Positions 27,888 through 41,629 of a DNA stretch of 64,000 nt are shown here, in pieces (position 1 is the first letter of the stretch; each line of letters begins with the position of its first letter). The notes beneath the pieces were generated by a model. That model had not been told where the DNA came from. It did no database searches and saw only the letters and a list, made by a program, of their open reading frames with translations. Location of the stretch: the NCBI RefSeq assembly GCF_006345805.1, contig NC_043000.1:142228001-142292000 (forward strand), given 5' to 3'. The position numbers and the translations under genes were made by a program. Source of the DNA: Octopus sinensis. Taxonomy: Eukaryota.

Positions 27888-27999
27888 TTCTTGAAGATAT
27901 TCTTCGAGCGAATCGACCCCAGGTCAATTTTTGAAACCTGTTATCTATTATGTCTGTCAATTTCTTGCAACCGCTCAGTTACGCTATAGGAAAAAAGCA

Positions 28000-28225
28000 C
28001 CGCCGTTTGTCAAGCGGTGACGATGAGCAATCATAAAGTAAAATGCACATACCCGCAGCTAAAGATGACTTTTAAGTTTCTGTTCACCATATCCACTCAC
28101 ATTTGTTTGATCATACCGTGATTATAGTAGAGCATGCTTACTCAAGGTGCCAAGCACTGGGACTGAACTCTTAAATATTTGTTGGAAAACAAACGTCGTA
28201 CCATATAGCTACACCCGCAACTATA
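28000..28225 (-). mobile_element. Old SINE family A-related copy
   Basis: CCATATCCACTCACA...CAAGGTGCCAAGCACTGGGACTGAACTC. Confidence 0.6.
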
Positions 28226-29737
28226 CACAAGACGCACACAGAACAGGAATGCCTATATCTATAAATATTACGTTATGGTTGTTAAAAAATCCATCGAGAA
28301 GTAATACCCAGTTCTAATGCCGGATTCTCCATATGCTATATAGTGCTACAACTTCAAATCATATGTTACAGTCATATCTATTTACAATATTGTATCAAGT
28401 CAGCATAGGAGATAACAAATAAACGAAGCAAAATAAATTAGAAACAAGAAAAGAAAATTATTAAATCGATATTTTATCTACTCATTTCAGTGGCAGCTCT
28501 TTTAGTAACTCTTGAGTAGAACTACTATAACAGCAACTTATATAATCAGTCATACATTAGCAGAATTGTCATCAAACTGGATAAAAATGCCAAAAGTTCA
28601 AACTATGTCGTTTAAACCACGTTCACTGTATTTGGCTCCTTGATGTCATCAACAGTATAGATGTAAATGAAACTGGATTTAAATTACATAATTTGCTTCA
28701 TGCCCGTAAAGTTTAAAAAAACAAAAGAAATGAAAATGCAATTCACGAGGCCATTTAATATTCACTACGATCATTTCGACCAACCATTTACTGGTTCCTC
28801 AAGGGTGAGATGATATGCAAAAAAAACATATGTGGAACATCTTAATTTGTGATATGTCTCGTCAGTTAAGTGTCTAAAGGTACCTAGTCTTTTAATCTTC
28901 GTTACGCTTATTCGATTACAATTGATTTAGGTAGCTGAATAATCCAGATTCTCGCAAATTCCATTTGTCACTCATTCTCTCTCATATATATATATATATA
29001 TTATATATATATATATTATATATATATATATTATATATATATATATACAGAGGGGAGAAGATATATACATACACACAAACATACACTCACTCGCAGGCAT
29101 GCACACACACATACAGGCCACATGTATACAAATGAGCGATTATATGTATATGTGTATGTAAAAACATATCTATACATGTATATGCTTGCGAGTGGATTGT
29201 GCGTATGAATCTACCCTATTAAACCAAATATATCCAAGACGGTAATTCTGCGATTTTTATGCTAACATTCATTGTAAATTACGTGCTATAGTTTGCATAA
29301 AGCAATATCTTTGTTGGTCTTCATTATTTAGTATATCCCATTCCAAGTTTCTAATCTACTTTCAGACCCATGTCTTGTCTGTAATTAGTATTTCAATGTA
29401 ATATTCACACCTGCTGTTTTAAAGTTACTATTCTGATGGCAGGTGGTATCAAATACGATGAAATATAATCCATCATTCTTTGTCCTTCAGAGCTTAAAAT
29501 TGATATACAGCATACATAAAAGGAAGAATCGGTATGACGATTTTCTGAGGATAAATTTCCAAACGGCTAAAGTGAAGATGGATCGAATTTCTCAACAATA
29601 CACCAATATTTCTCGTTCACACTTATCTATTATAGTCCTTGCTTTCCCTCTGTCAATTAACACAGGCACAAGACCATACACACACAAACACAGACGCACA
29701 CTCGCATAAACGTGCGCGCAAGCACACACACAGATAT

Positions 29738-29763
29738 AAATAGATAGATAGATAGATAGATAC

Positions 29764-29844
<81 letters not shown>

Positions 29845-29845
29845 C
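29738..29845. repeat. (TAGA)n microsatellite
   Basis: Seen directly. Confidence 0.97.
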
Positions 29846-29899
29846 AGACAGATATATAATAGAAAAGAATTTCATTGAGGCGATTATGCCCATGTAGTG

Positions 29900-30610
29900 A
29901 GTTGTAATGCAAAATATATAATAAATAATAGTTTACATAGTTTTAATATATTTCATGTGAAAGGGTAATGCGAGAGTCAACCGGTTTCCTGTTTCACTAA
30001 TCATGACTTTGTAATTATTGCAGTTTCTTATTTTTCTTAAGTTTTTAGTCCATAATCTTGTATGAGAGTTTATAAATGAATCAGCATGTAGAACAATTTA
30101 AGGGGAGATAACTGGTGATTGTTATTATTCGGGACACTTTACATAAACTCATTAGGTAAAGGAGTGAGATAAAATATGTAATGTTGGATATACGATCATG
30201 TATTAAAACATTTACTGAAATTCTAATTGGTTATGCATTCATATTAAGGTGCTTTTTTGTATTTATCGATAAATATATATTCTGTGTTTAATCGTCCTTG
30301 TAGAGAAATTGCTTCCTTGCACTGGTAGATGTGGAATACCATGAAGTTTGGTTAGCGATACCCTGCACATCTTTCTATGTGTTCACGCAAAGGTAACTGC
30401 CTACATATTGGGAAAGGAGTAGTTCTTTATGCAGTATAGTTTTTCGTCTCTCGGATGCCCAAGTAAAATATTGGTCTTAATTGTGAATCTCCTTGTTTGA
30501 AGTGGAATTCTGAACCTTCCAGTAAGTAGAGTTATGTTCCACAATTTGGACACCCGTATTTTTAACTATCGGTTTTGTTGTTGTGTAAGGTTTGCATTTG
30601 TCAGCAGTCT
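29900..30610 (-). mobile_element. Penelope-like element 3' end (GIY-YIG remnant plus 3' UTR), same family as 39860-41040
   Basis: GCPNCG, REHIERCAG..PNFMVFHIYQCKEA..KHLNMNA* (stop at 30231). The UTR aligns with 40694-41040. Confidence 0.85.
29975..30008 (-). ncRNA. Minimal type I hammerhead-like motif, A3-U8 variant
   Basis: AGTC-ATGATTA-GTGAAACAG-GAAA-CCGGT-T-GACT. Confidence 0.55.
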
Positions 30611-30613
30611 TTT

Positions 30614-30692
<79 letters not shown>

Positions 30693-30944
30693 GAGTGTGT
30701 ATGTGTCTGTGTCCCAGTGTGTGTATGTGTGTAGGTATATGTATACGCATACACACACCGATACTCACACGTGCTGACGCATACACATATAGAAGAGTTT
30801 TCCTTTTAGGAATATATTTCAATTTTTATACATCTCTTTTTTCTTTTTACGCATGTTTGTGTCAGTATCGAGAAGTGTATTTGAACTATAAGGTTCTCAA
30901 ACTAATTGGCATTTAGATATTGATAGATAGATAGGCAGATACAT

Positions 30945-31130
30945 ACATACATACATACATGCATACATACATACATACATACATATATGCATACATACAT
31001 GCATACATACATGCATGCATACATACATATATACATGCATACATACATACATACATATATGCATACATACATGCATACATACATGCATGCATACATACAT
31101 ATATACATGCATACATACATATATATATGT
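30945..31130. repeat. (TACA/TGCA)n microsatellite with a 72-bp higher-order period
   Basis: ATGCATGCAT recurs at 31011 and 31083; ACATATATGC recurs at 30981 and 31053. Confidence 0.85.
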
Positions 31131-31287
31131 CGTTATTTATATGCAGTTAAGTATTGTCCTGTCAAGACAAAGAGTGATTAATGGTCTCTCATATCAATGG
31201 TTTCGCATGCATAAAAGGCTTAGCCCCATGGACGACACGTCATACTCTAAAATCGAGGGCAAATAATTCTTCAAATCTGAGAGGTGT

Positions 31288-31514
31288 TACGGAACGAGTT
31301 ACGGTCAGCTAGTTAGCAAGTAAAGAAAGACTAAACAGTCCGCGTTGGCCAGGACAGGAATTTCGCCCTTAGCTTCCTTTTAGCTCATAAGGACCCTTTC
31401 GGATCTAAAAGTTGTTTCCGAGTTAAAAGCAACCTATGGGCGAAATTCCCAGTATCCCTTTTTTGAACCATATTGACTAGTCTGAGTGAGATTACTCGTA
31501 CTCGCCGAACCGTA
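31288..31514. repeat. Degenerate palindromic (MITE-like) element
   Basis: Perfect 12-bp inverted repeat GGAATTTCGCCC (31357-31368) / GGGCGAAATTCC (31438-31449), with weaker outer complementary blocks. Confidence 0.55.
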
Positions 31515-32349
31515 TTTCTTATTCTTTGTTTATTTACTAACTAATTGACTGTAATGGAATCTTACCTCTCAGAGATGAACAATTATATGACTTGGGCTTT
31601 AGAATCTGACGAGTCATCAATGAGGCTAAAACCTTTATGGGTGTGAAACCATTGGTCACTCTATGACCGGGCATATACTTAAGTCCGGGCATACACATTA
31701 TTGTTCTATGTTCTAGATTTGCTTCTTTTTCGCATATATTATACACTGACAAGACACACACACACACATATGTATAGTTGTATATAATTCTTGTGGCTAA
31801 CCGCGGGCATATACTATCGCATTCTTTCAGTTATAAGTTTTATGAGCTTGTAAGAGAGTATAATTTTGGATATGTGTATATAAACTCACATCGACACATT
31901 ACATAATTCTATGTGATTGTGTGTGTTGAAGTGAAATCCTGTCTCCATTTGTGATGCGTATAAAATCAGATTGTTGTTATATATAGTTATTTTGTGTAGC
32001 TGTGTTTACATAGAGTTAGGTAAATATATATATATATATACAGACACATTCACATATAACTATAGATATTCCTGTAGTCACACACGCATGCACACTCACA
32101 CACAGAGACACACAGACTTAGACATATATGTAGGTATATATATATATATATTAAATTTTAAAGAATTAACAAAATAATAGCGAATTAAATAACGTAAATA
32201 AATTTAACACGGCGATTAACAAAAAGAAAATAGAATATTATTTAAACGACATATTTAGAGTATTACATAAAAAAAGCTACCAAGAAAATTTCAGATATAA
32301 AAAATGCACTATGCTTTAATATGAATATACGTGTGTGCGTGTGAGCGTT

Positions 32350-32384
<35 letters not shown>

Positions 32385-32541
32385 ATATATATGTATTTAT
32401 TTATTTATTTATTTAAAGAGAGAGAGAGAGAGAGTAAGAGGAATAGACAGACAGTCAGACATACAAGAGGAGATAGATATACATACGTGTATAAATATGT
32501 GCATATATTTACATATATATATATATGTGTGCGTAATGTAT

Positions 32542-32598
<57 letters not shown>

Positions 32599-32948
32599 GT
32601 GTGTGAGTATGCGTGTGTGTGGCTTTGTGTGTGGTGGGTATGACAATTATCTATAAATCACATAACAAAAACCAATTATAATTTAAATACAAAGAATTGA
32701 TAAAAACTATCAAAATTTTGTATGCAACGTTACACAAAGGATTGCAATGATTGTTTGATTGTTAAATAAAGCAATGTCACACAGTGTTGCAAAAAATACT
32801 ACGAAATGTTTTTTTCTTCATACTGTGAAAAGTCAAGAAAATATAGAACAGTCAAAACAAAATAATATATTATACTAAAATGTCAAAGTTTAGGAAGAAA
32901 TGCTAGATAAGTTAATTTAAGCAACGCGTACATATAACACATACAACC

Positions 32949-32983
<35 letters not shown>

Positions 32984-33502
32984 ACACACACATATATATA
33001 TATAGATATATATATTATATATATATATATATATATATGTATAATATACATATAAATACCCTCACAGAAATCAAGTGAAAAATAAATATACAGGCACATA
33101 TATACCCAAATATATACATTCACACTTTCATACATAAATACATATATACAAACGTACAGATGTTCCTAATGAGACCACACATAGATACGCATAGACACAC
33201 ACACACACACACAAACACACACTCACGTCACTCATTTACACACAGTGCCACTCTTAAACAGAGAACCATTAAACTATAATTTATATTTGAAAGGGTTCAG
33301 CAAAAGAATTAAGTTCAAAGACAGGACAATAGTTTTATATATAGTGGTATATATACTCACGTACACTATATACGAAGTAACCATAAGTAAATGTAGAGAC
33401 ACGCTAGTACAAATATGAACGAACATTCATGAGTAAGACACTTAACGAAATCAATAGACATAGACTATCACACCCTAGGACACGTATATATATATATATA
33501 TA

Positions 33503-33715
33503 TATATTTATCAAAATAAAAACATGATGCAAAGGATTTAGCGGTACATATGTTTCGGGCCTTTATTAGACGGTTTATAACGATGCATAATTGATGTAAA
33601 GAAGGCTATAGACCACATTTACATCAATTATGCATTGTTATAAACCGTCTAATAAAGGCCCGAAACATATGTACCGCTAAATCCTTTGCATCATGTTTTT
33701 ATTTTGATAAATATA
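33503..33715. repeat. Near-perfect hairpin: 98-bp arms, 17-nt loop
   Basis: 33503-33600 is the reverse complement of 33618-33715, with one mismatch seen (G-U wobble on the + strand). Confidence 0.95.
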
Positions 33716-33779
33716 CTCTATCACCTATACCACTAAATGTCATATACAGGTGCTTACAATTATCAAGTATTAACCCTGA

Positions 33780-33828
<49 letters not shown>

Positions 33829-35809
33829 CCAATGCTTATGAACGTATGCCTGTGCGTATTTCCTTTATTTGAAATCAATGTCAAAAGTTTGTCAATGACC
33901 TCGAAATCTTTGCTTACACTCCGTCGCCAGATTGTGTTTTGAAAAAGAGGGCAAGTCGAAGCTTCGAAGTCACTGTAATCTTTTCCTTAAAAACATCTGA
34001 CGAACTTCTTAAAGTATTCTGAAATCCTTCAGACAAATTACTATTATGTGTTTGCTGTGCATGATTCTTGATGTGAAATCAAGTTTGAAGCAGATATTCT
34101 TATGTTTGGGAACTGTCACTTCACCAATACAAAGATGAACGATTTATATGATCTTCACTTTAGCTTCAGTATTATTATTATTATTACTATTATTATTATT
34201 GTTGTTGTTGTTGTTGTTGTTATTATTATTATTGTTGTTGTTGTTTTTATTATTATTAGAGGGGACTATGCTCGTGGATTTCAATGAGGAAGGACGTGTG
34301 TTCGTGATGTGAAAGTTTTTGTTCAATTTTAAAGATACTATTGTTATATGTGAACATTTTTACATTTCTCTGGCCAGGCCGATTAGGCGGGTCTTTCCCC
34401 ATTTGGAGCGAATTTTCAATATAAATTCTCCTTTTTTTTTATTCCTTTCTTAATTTTAAAATTTGCAAAAGTGTCCTTGCGGAAGAGTGTAAGCTCTTCT
34501 TTTTTTATCCTTCTCACGTCTGCTGTCGGAAGACAGACAAAAAAATTTGAAAAACAATTGTCTCCGCCCACTCCGTGCCTTAAAAGGCAGAAAGAGGTAC
34601 GACCAAAATCTTGCTAGCACGGGCAACGCTGAGGAACAGAAAGAAAAAAGAAAAGATACGCTCGAATAAGGAAAAGAGCAAGGAAATTCAGCTTATGGAC
34701 ACTGCTAGCGTCGCAACACCCATGAATCCAAGACTTCCCACTAACATCACTAACATTAACACATTGTACAACTGAATATAACACGCAGGATGCTCACGGC
34801 TAAATTTTTTTTCCTCATGGATCTCTTCTGGGAGGGGTAACGCCAACCAAAATTATATCTAAATCAGAACAATCCGCCAAATCTCTCTCAAATCATATCT
34901 AATATTTTTATATTACAGAGAAATTGGACAGTGAGCTGTGCTCTGCGTGTATGCGTGTGCGTGCTTGTCTGCGTGCGTGTGTGTGTGCGTGTGTGTGAGC
35001 GTGTGTGTGTGCGTGTGTGAGCGTGTGTTTGTGCGTGTATGTGTGTGTATAGAGGGATTGACAAAGAGTGACAAATGATACTTAAGATATTGTCAATGTT
35101 TCCATAGGCTGTAATGAAGGAAGACTCGTTGGAATGAATATCATTGCAACCTTTATTTTATCTGATATTTTCACTCTTCCATCTAGAGAGCTATCTATAC
35201 TTTTCAGTAGGCAATCATAACAATAGAACGAAATCGAAAACATTATCTATATTATTATTGCGTTACAGTTATCACTGCTGGTAAAGCTATAAAATCTTTA
35301 TACGATGATATGAAAACAAAGATTATTACATCGTTATTTTCATATCAGAGAAAAGTTCACTTGGCCAGATCGGAACTGCTAGGCTCGTTCCTTACCTCAA
35401 TATTGTTACCATGGTTACTGTTAGCATTTTTATGCTAATTACCCCTGATCAAACTTGCAACTGGATAAAATTAAAATCATATATACACATATATTTCTAC
35501 GGGTATGGGTGTTTCTGGTTTTCCGTTTGTGACTCTCTCTATATATATGTAGCGATACTGATTATTTATATATGTGCATTTATAGGTTATATATGTGTGT
35601 ATGGATTATATATATATGTATGTATGTATGTATGTATATAAGCAATAATAAATCTCTGAAAGAGGTATAAACCGTAGCTGCACGACAATATGAAGTATAT
35701 TTGCCACTTAAATGTGGCTAACCACTAAGGTTGGATACTACTGTAGCTTGTAGTCTCCTGGGGCTACAACCTAAATTAGCATCCAGTGACAAATATACTT
35801 CATACACAC

Positions 35810-35955
<146 letters not shown>

Positions 35956-36007
35956 ACACATGGACCCATGTATATTAAGTGAAATAAGTGAGCAACAAAA
36001 AGTGGTA

Positions 36008-36837
36008 TACGAGGCACTATCAAAATGTTTACCTCGGTTTTAACATCATCATCTTATTGCACAATAATACACCGGTCCCAGCATCCCTGCCAGTTTTGGA
36101 ATCTGGCCTGGAAGTCGTTAACCGTAAGCGAGTCGAAGGGCCTTTTGCGATTCGCAATTGATCTCGACAAAGGTGTTAAAACGGCAACGTTTGATCTGCA
36201 TTGTCATCTTGGGGAAGAGGTGGATATCCGCAGACGCTAAATCTTGTAAAGTGGGTGGGTGCAAAGCGATACCACATGGTTTTGGTGAGAAGCTCATGAG
36301 TGAGGTGATTTCGGCGACTGGGTGCATTTTCATCGTAAAAAATCCGATTATTTGCGCTCCACAGATCCGGTTGCTTTCGCCGAATGCCCTCCTTTGAATG
36401 CTTCAACACGTCGCAGTAAAACTCTCGATTGACCGTCAGATCCTGGGGGACAAATTTTCGATGCACATTACTGTAGATGTCGGAAAAATCGATGAGCATG
36501 GTCTTGATCGAGCTGCAGCTCCGTCTTGTGCCTGTGCCACTCAAAACATTGCGTGCGACCCATTGCCTCATCGTTGTGAGCTTGTCGATGCATGTTCAAT
36601 GTCTCTTCCCAAGTTTTAACACAAAATTTCACATTGGATCTTTGTTCAAACTTCATAATCACAAGAACACAAATTTCACAACTAGCGGTGTCACAAGAAC
36701 AGAAATTTCACAAGAACACAAATTTCACAACTGCCTCATGAAGATCATTGTTAGGTCTCATTGCGCACGCAACTTTGTGCTTGCATCGACTGGTACGCTA
36801 CAGAAATAGTCCAGGAAAGTTTTGATAACACATCATA
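36008..36837 (-). mobile_element. Internally deleted mariner element (irritans-like)
   Basis: EQRSNVKFCVK, KTMLIDF..TVNREFYCDVL and DENAPS. TIR-like ends TACGAGGCACTATCAAAATGTTT / AAAGTTTTGATAACACATCATA. Confidence 0.85.
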
Positions 36838-36874
36838 CATTTAATAATTCAACATATCGAAGTCTTGTTTAATC

Positions 36875-37064
36875 CTTTCTGTTATAGACCCATCACCTGA
36901 CATTTGGGGTAGAGGGATAGTAGAGTACTCAACTGGTATTTCATTTATCGACACTGATAGGATGAAATATATAGTCGACCTCGGTGCAATTTGAACTCAG
37001 AACATGGCGAATACCGCTAAGCATTTCGTCCAGCGTGCTAACAATTCTGCCAGCTTGCCACCTT
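36875..37064 (-). mobile_element. SINE family D
   Basis: GTCGACCTCGGTGCAATTTGAACTCAGAAC...GCTAAGCATTTCGTCCAGCGTGCTAAC. Confidence 0.8.
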
Positions 37065-37269
37065 ATCGCATTACTATTCAATAACGTATGTATATATACG
37101 TATGTTATTTTGCTGAACCTGCTGGAAACATCCAATGTTTATGCCGAAATTACACACTAACGTTTTTAGATTAGAAGGACAAATAGTGCAATGCATTTTT
37201 ATTAACTCAAACACAGTAACAAAATGTTCAAAAATTAACTGAGCAGATTTTGAACAAGTCACTAATAGG

Positions 37270-37490
37270 GATCATTGGTTTCAAATTTTGACACAAGCCT
37301 AATCATTTCCTGAGTGCGTGTAAATGGAAACATCGTTCTCAGTGCTTAACTGGTACGCATTTTATCGACCCCCGAAAGGTTGAAGAGGAAATGTAAAACA
37401 TGATAAAATCTGATCTCAAATTGTAAAAATGGCCGATACGCTCCAAACCACTTTATCCGACCACTTAAAGTGTTCGGCAGCTCACCGACC
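37270..37490 (-). mobile_element. SINE family D, old copy
   Basis: CTGGTACGCATTTTATCGACCCCCGAAAGG. Confidence 0.6.
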
Positions 37491-38453
37491 TGAACTAATA
37501 CGAAATATTATAAATTGATATAGTCTACATTGCTTAAAACATGTAGAGTTGAATGTACATTTTATTGTAGGTAGACGTAAACAAGGTACAAAACACTAAT
37601 GTCTCTGCACAAATAACACGCTCATCTTGCCATATATATATATATATATATAATGAGAGAGAGAGAGAGAGAGAGAGAGGGGGGAGAAAGAGTAAAAGAG
37701 AGAAGCCCAGAAAGATAAGAATGAAAGTGAAATAGTGTATATAGTCATTCAAATATTGCAGAAATAAAATAAGGTTATATCTTTTTATTCCGTTGAGTTA
37801 ATAGATATAGTTAACTTTTCAATAGATAGAAATTATATTTATCCCCGGGAAGAATTCAAGAATATAAAAATCAATGAAAGCAATGAGATAAGGTGTATGT
37901 ATATAGATACAAAACTTATTCATCTCCTTATAGTACGTCTATTATGGTAGAAAATTATTTGGTTTTCTTATAAACTGAAAGCGGACGAAAGATGCTTTAA
38001 GTGTAGAGGAAAATATTAACTGCATGGCAATATATGAACGCTTGGGAAATCTATTTAGATTCAGGTTCCAATATTCTTTCACTCCTGTATTCCAGAAGGA
38101 AGAGAAAGCGTTTTATATCGTTCATCTCACCAACATATTACCAATTTAGTTGCACCTGCAACAGCAAACAGATTAAAGATTAATTCTTTGGTGAATAATA
38201 TTTAAACCAAAATCAAACTTTTCTACAAAATTATCTGAAGAATAAATGTCACTATCAGATATATAATTAATTATATTGTACACTCAGTGTAATTTATCTT
38301 TTACTAAACTCAAGTTAAACAAATATAAACCGAAATATGTCTGTTGATTACATTTTGAAATGATATTAAAAGTGAATAAATATATAGATTATTCAAAATT
38401 AAACTTTATATATCTGTATGTGCCAATATAGTTGTCTATTTTCTATCTATCTA

Positions 38454-38485
<32 letters not shown>

Positions 38486-39529
38486 CAAACACACACACAT
38501 ATGTGCATGTACATATATTTATGCGTGTGTACATGTGTATATGTCTTTTTAAAAATAACATATAAGTGTATATATGCCTACATATATATATCCATTTATG
38601 ATTATATGATTATAGAACTATCTGTATACATTTAGTGCAGAGAATACAAGAGAGAGGAATATAGAACGTTTGTGTAGAATAGTTTGATATTTCCAGTAAA
38701 TTAACGTTTCCATAAAGGTCATGTGTTTGTTTATCTGTGTGTATGTGCACGTGCGTGAGTGCGTGTGTATGTGCACGTGCGTGAGTGCGTGTGTATGTGA
38801 GAGAGAAGGAGAGAGAGAAAGCGCGTTGAAGAGAGGGAGGAAGAGAGACTTTAATTTTGATATGTAATTGACAACTACTTTCATCCGCACACATATACCA
38901 ACGAAATAATTACTTAACATCTCATAAAATATACAGCCTAGTTTAATATTTAATATTAATATCGACATATATTCCTCGCATTAATACCGTAGATAGTCAT
39001 AAATAATTCAATCATTATGATATGGATAGTGTTAGTAAATTATTATTACGTACTCGAATCGTACAGTTTATTTGTTTATGCATTTTATGTCGATAATATC
39101 GATGATAACAGAAGTATAAGAGTTCGCACTAATTATTAATAAGGTACTGAACTTAATTAAATACTTATGCGAATCTACAAGAAGCACAGGTCCGAGACTT
39201 ACATTCGTGGTTGTTTTCTTGATGTTATTGTTGTTTATATTATGTCAGCTGTAATTTAGCAGATTTATAATTAGAAATAATCAGACATTGCTCATCGTGT
39301 TTTCTTCTATATCAGCGACTAAATCTCCAAATGTATATGTCATTGCTTTACGGAGATTCGACTGCTCTCACGACAGGAATTTGTGTGAATGTTAGAAACA
39401 CCTACTTTCTCAGAAATAATAGAAGTTAATACGACTGTAAAAACCAATGATCTATTGGTCACCTCAGAACATTTAATATTGCTTAATGTAGAGAAGTATA
39501 GCGGGTGCAATGTCTATCTAACACAAGAA

Positions 39530-39530
<1 letters not shown>

Positions 39531-39568
<38 letters not shown>

Positions 39569-39585
39569 AGTAGTAGTAGTAGTAG

Positions 39586-39617
<32 letters not shown>
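39531..39617. repeat. (TAG)n directly followed by (CTA)n: palindromic triplet repeat
   Basis: Symmetry centre AGT|ACT at 39586/39587. Confidence 0.9.
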
Positions 39618-39859
39618 GTATGGGACACACGCTGTACCAGCTCGTCAATACCTCCACAGCTTTTTTGGTAATTCGCTACGCCTGACGTGTGAGCTTTTGC
39701 GCCACTAAGGCTGCAACCATCCAACCTATGTTAGTTTGGGTTATAGTTGCTGGAGAGGGTTTTACGAAGTCGGAGGGTGAATGCTACGCCAAAATCTTTT
39801 AGTCGACTTAGATGAGAGGGAAATAAAGGTTGGATCTATTGTTTGGCATGTAGGTCCTC

Positions 39860-41040
39860 ACACAGCACAAAGAAATAGGTCATTGAGGACTAAATGAAAT
39901 AACCAGAGAAACCCTGCAGTATAGGTTAGTCTATACAAATATAAGGGAGCGCGTTTGATTACTAGCAACGTATCAAATACAGCGAGACAATATCCAACCT
40001 CAATTATAGAAGCTAGGATTAAGCGTGCTAAGAAATGAAAATAGTAAGAGCAACAAAATGTAACACCACACCTCATCTCAAATCATTACTGTAAATATCG
40101 ACTCACATCCCTAGAAACAATGAGACATACAACACTATTGCACCAAACATAGCTATGCTCACTGGAGATCCAAAAATGATCAACATTCTGGCAATATAAA
40201 TTCATCAAATGCACAAATCAGCACAAATCGCTAAAAAAAACCTCTAAGAAATGCGAAGATTTACTCAACAACCAAGAAACAAACAGTCAAAAAATACTGA
40301 CGTCCAAACAGTGGAAAATGCCCTAACCTGCTGGAAGGCCCTGAATTCATATTAAAACAAGGAGATAGATTCACAATTAAAACCGACTTCACTTGTGCTT
40401 TTACGAATCTAATTTAGGTTATAACTTGTTCAGGTTGTGGACATAACTATATAGGACAGACAAGCGTGACAGTGAGACGGAGAACCACAATACATGAGGA
40501 ACAGATCCGATTCCCGCAATACAGGCGGATTCCTGTGAGCGAACATACAAAGAGATGTGCAGGTAATATCCTACCAAACTTCACAGTTTTCCACATTTAA
40601 CAGTGCAAAGAAGCAACTTCTATAGAAAAGTGTTTAAATAAAGAAAATCTGTTCATCAAAAAACACAGAAGACATCTCAATATGAACGCATAACCAACTT
40701 TGATCTCAATATATATTTTAATTCATGTTCACATACCCATCACTACATATTTCTTCTCACTGCTATACTTTTTGGGTTTTTCTGCATATTTATCCCCTCA
40801 ACGAAAGATGAACAATTACCTTCCCTGTCCCCAATAATATCGATCGCCAATTACATCACCTTAGATGTTTCTACTTGTTGAATCATTCATTCATGAACTT
40901 CTCCACACACAACATGGACAAAACGTTTCTTCTGAAATTTTGAAATTACAATTATTTCAATGTCATGTTTAGTGAAAGTGAAATGGGTCGACAAGCAATA
41001 TAAAACATATTGAAAAATATAGTAAATCTATGTAAAATGT
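39860..41040 (+). mobile_element. Penelope-like element 3' part: RT thumb, GIY-YIG endonuclease (stop 40693) and 3' UTR
   Basis: QYPTSIIEARIKRAK, FTIKTDFTC..NLIxVITCSGCGHNYIGQT, SEHTKRCAG and HLNMNA*. Confidence 0.9.
40961..40993 (+). ncRNA. Minimal type I hammerhead-like motif, A3-U8 variant (more decayed)
   Basis: TGTC-ATGTTTA-GTGAAAGT-GAAA-TGGGT-C-GACA. Confidence 0.45.
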
Positions 41041-41293
41041 GAGCATTTTCCTTCCTTTATTTTACATATATATATATATCTGCAGGCACACACAAACACA
41101 CAGATATACGCACACATAGATACACAGGGCTGGAGACATTCAAACGAAAACATCGCTGTTCAAACCCACACATTAAAAGAAGGAAAGCTTTAATTCCTTA
41201 ATGAAATTCTTAACAGGACATTTACCACAGCATACACACCCATTAACACGCAGCAGATCACATTCCAAACATATTGAAAGGATATTCGACACA

Positions 41294-41329
<36 letters not shown>

Positions 41330-41629
41330 CTGGACATAAAAAAACAAAGAATTCAATAAATGCTTTTAAACCACTCCCTCGGCAGGAATCCACAGATACT
41401 TCTTTACACAAAAGACGACTGCTCCAGCTCTCATTTTCTTTAACATCTTGAACTCTACGCCAAATTATTTACAAACAATGTTTCAAGAAGTCTTTACAGA
41501 AAAACGCCAGACATGTTCTAACTACTAGAGATAAAAACAAACTGTTTTTACTTCAAGTTCCAAATTTTTATTAATATTTGATAAGATGGATTTCATCATC
41601 CAAACCGTTAATATTTTACATTTTCTATA

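Noticed and set aside
34340-34800. GC-richer stretch with CCGCCC and TTAAAA motifs as a promoter
   Set aside because: Such short motifs occur by chance, and no downstream gene is evident.
40885-40930. CATGAACTTCTCC..GGACAAAACGTT as the PLE hammerhead
   Set aside because: Not conserved in the second copy; the 40961-40993 motif fits better and covaries.
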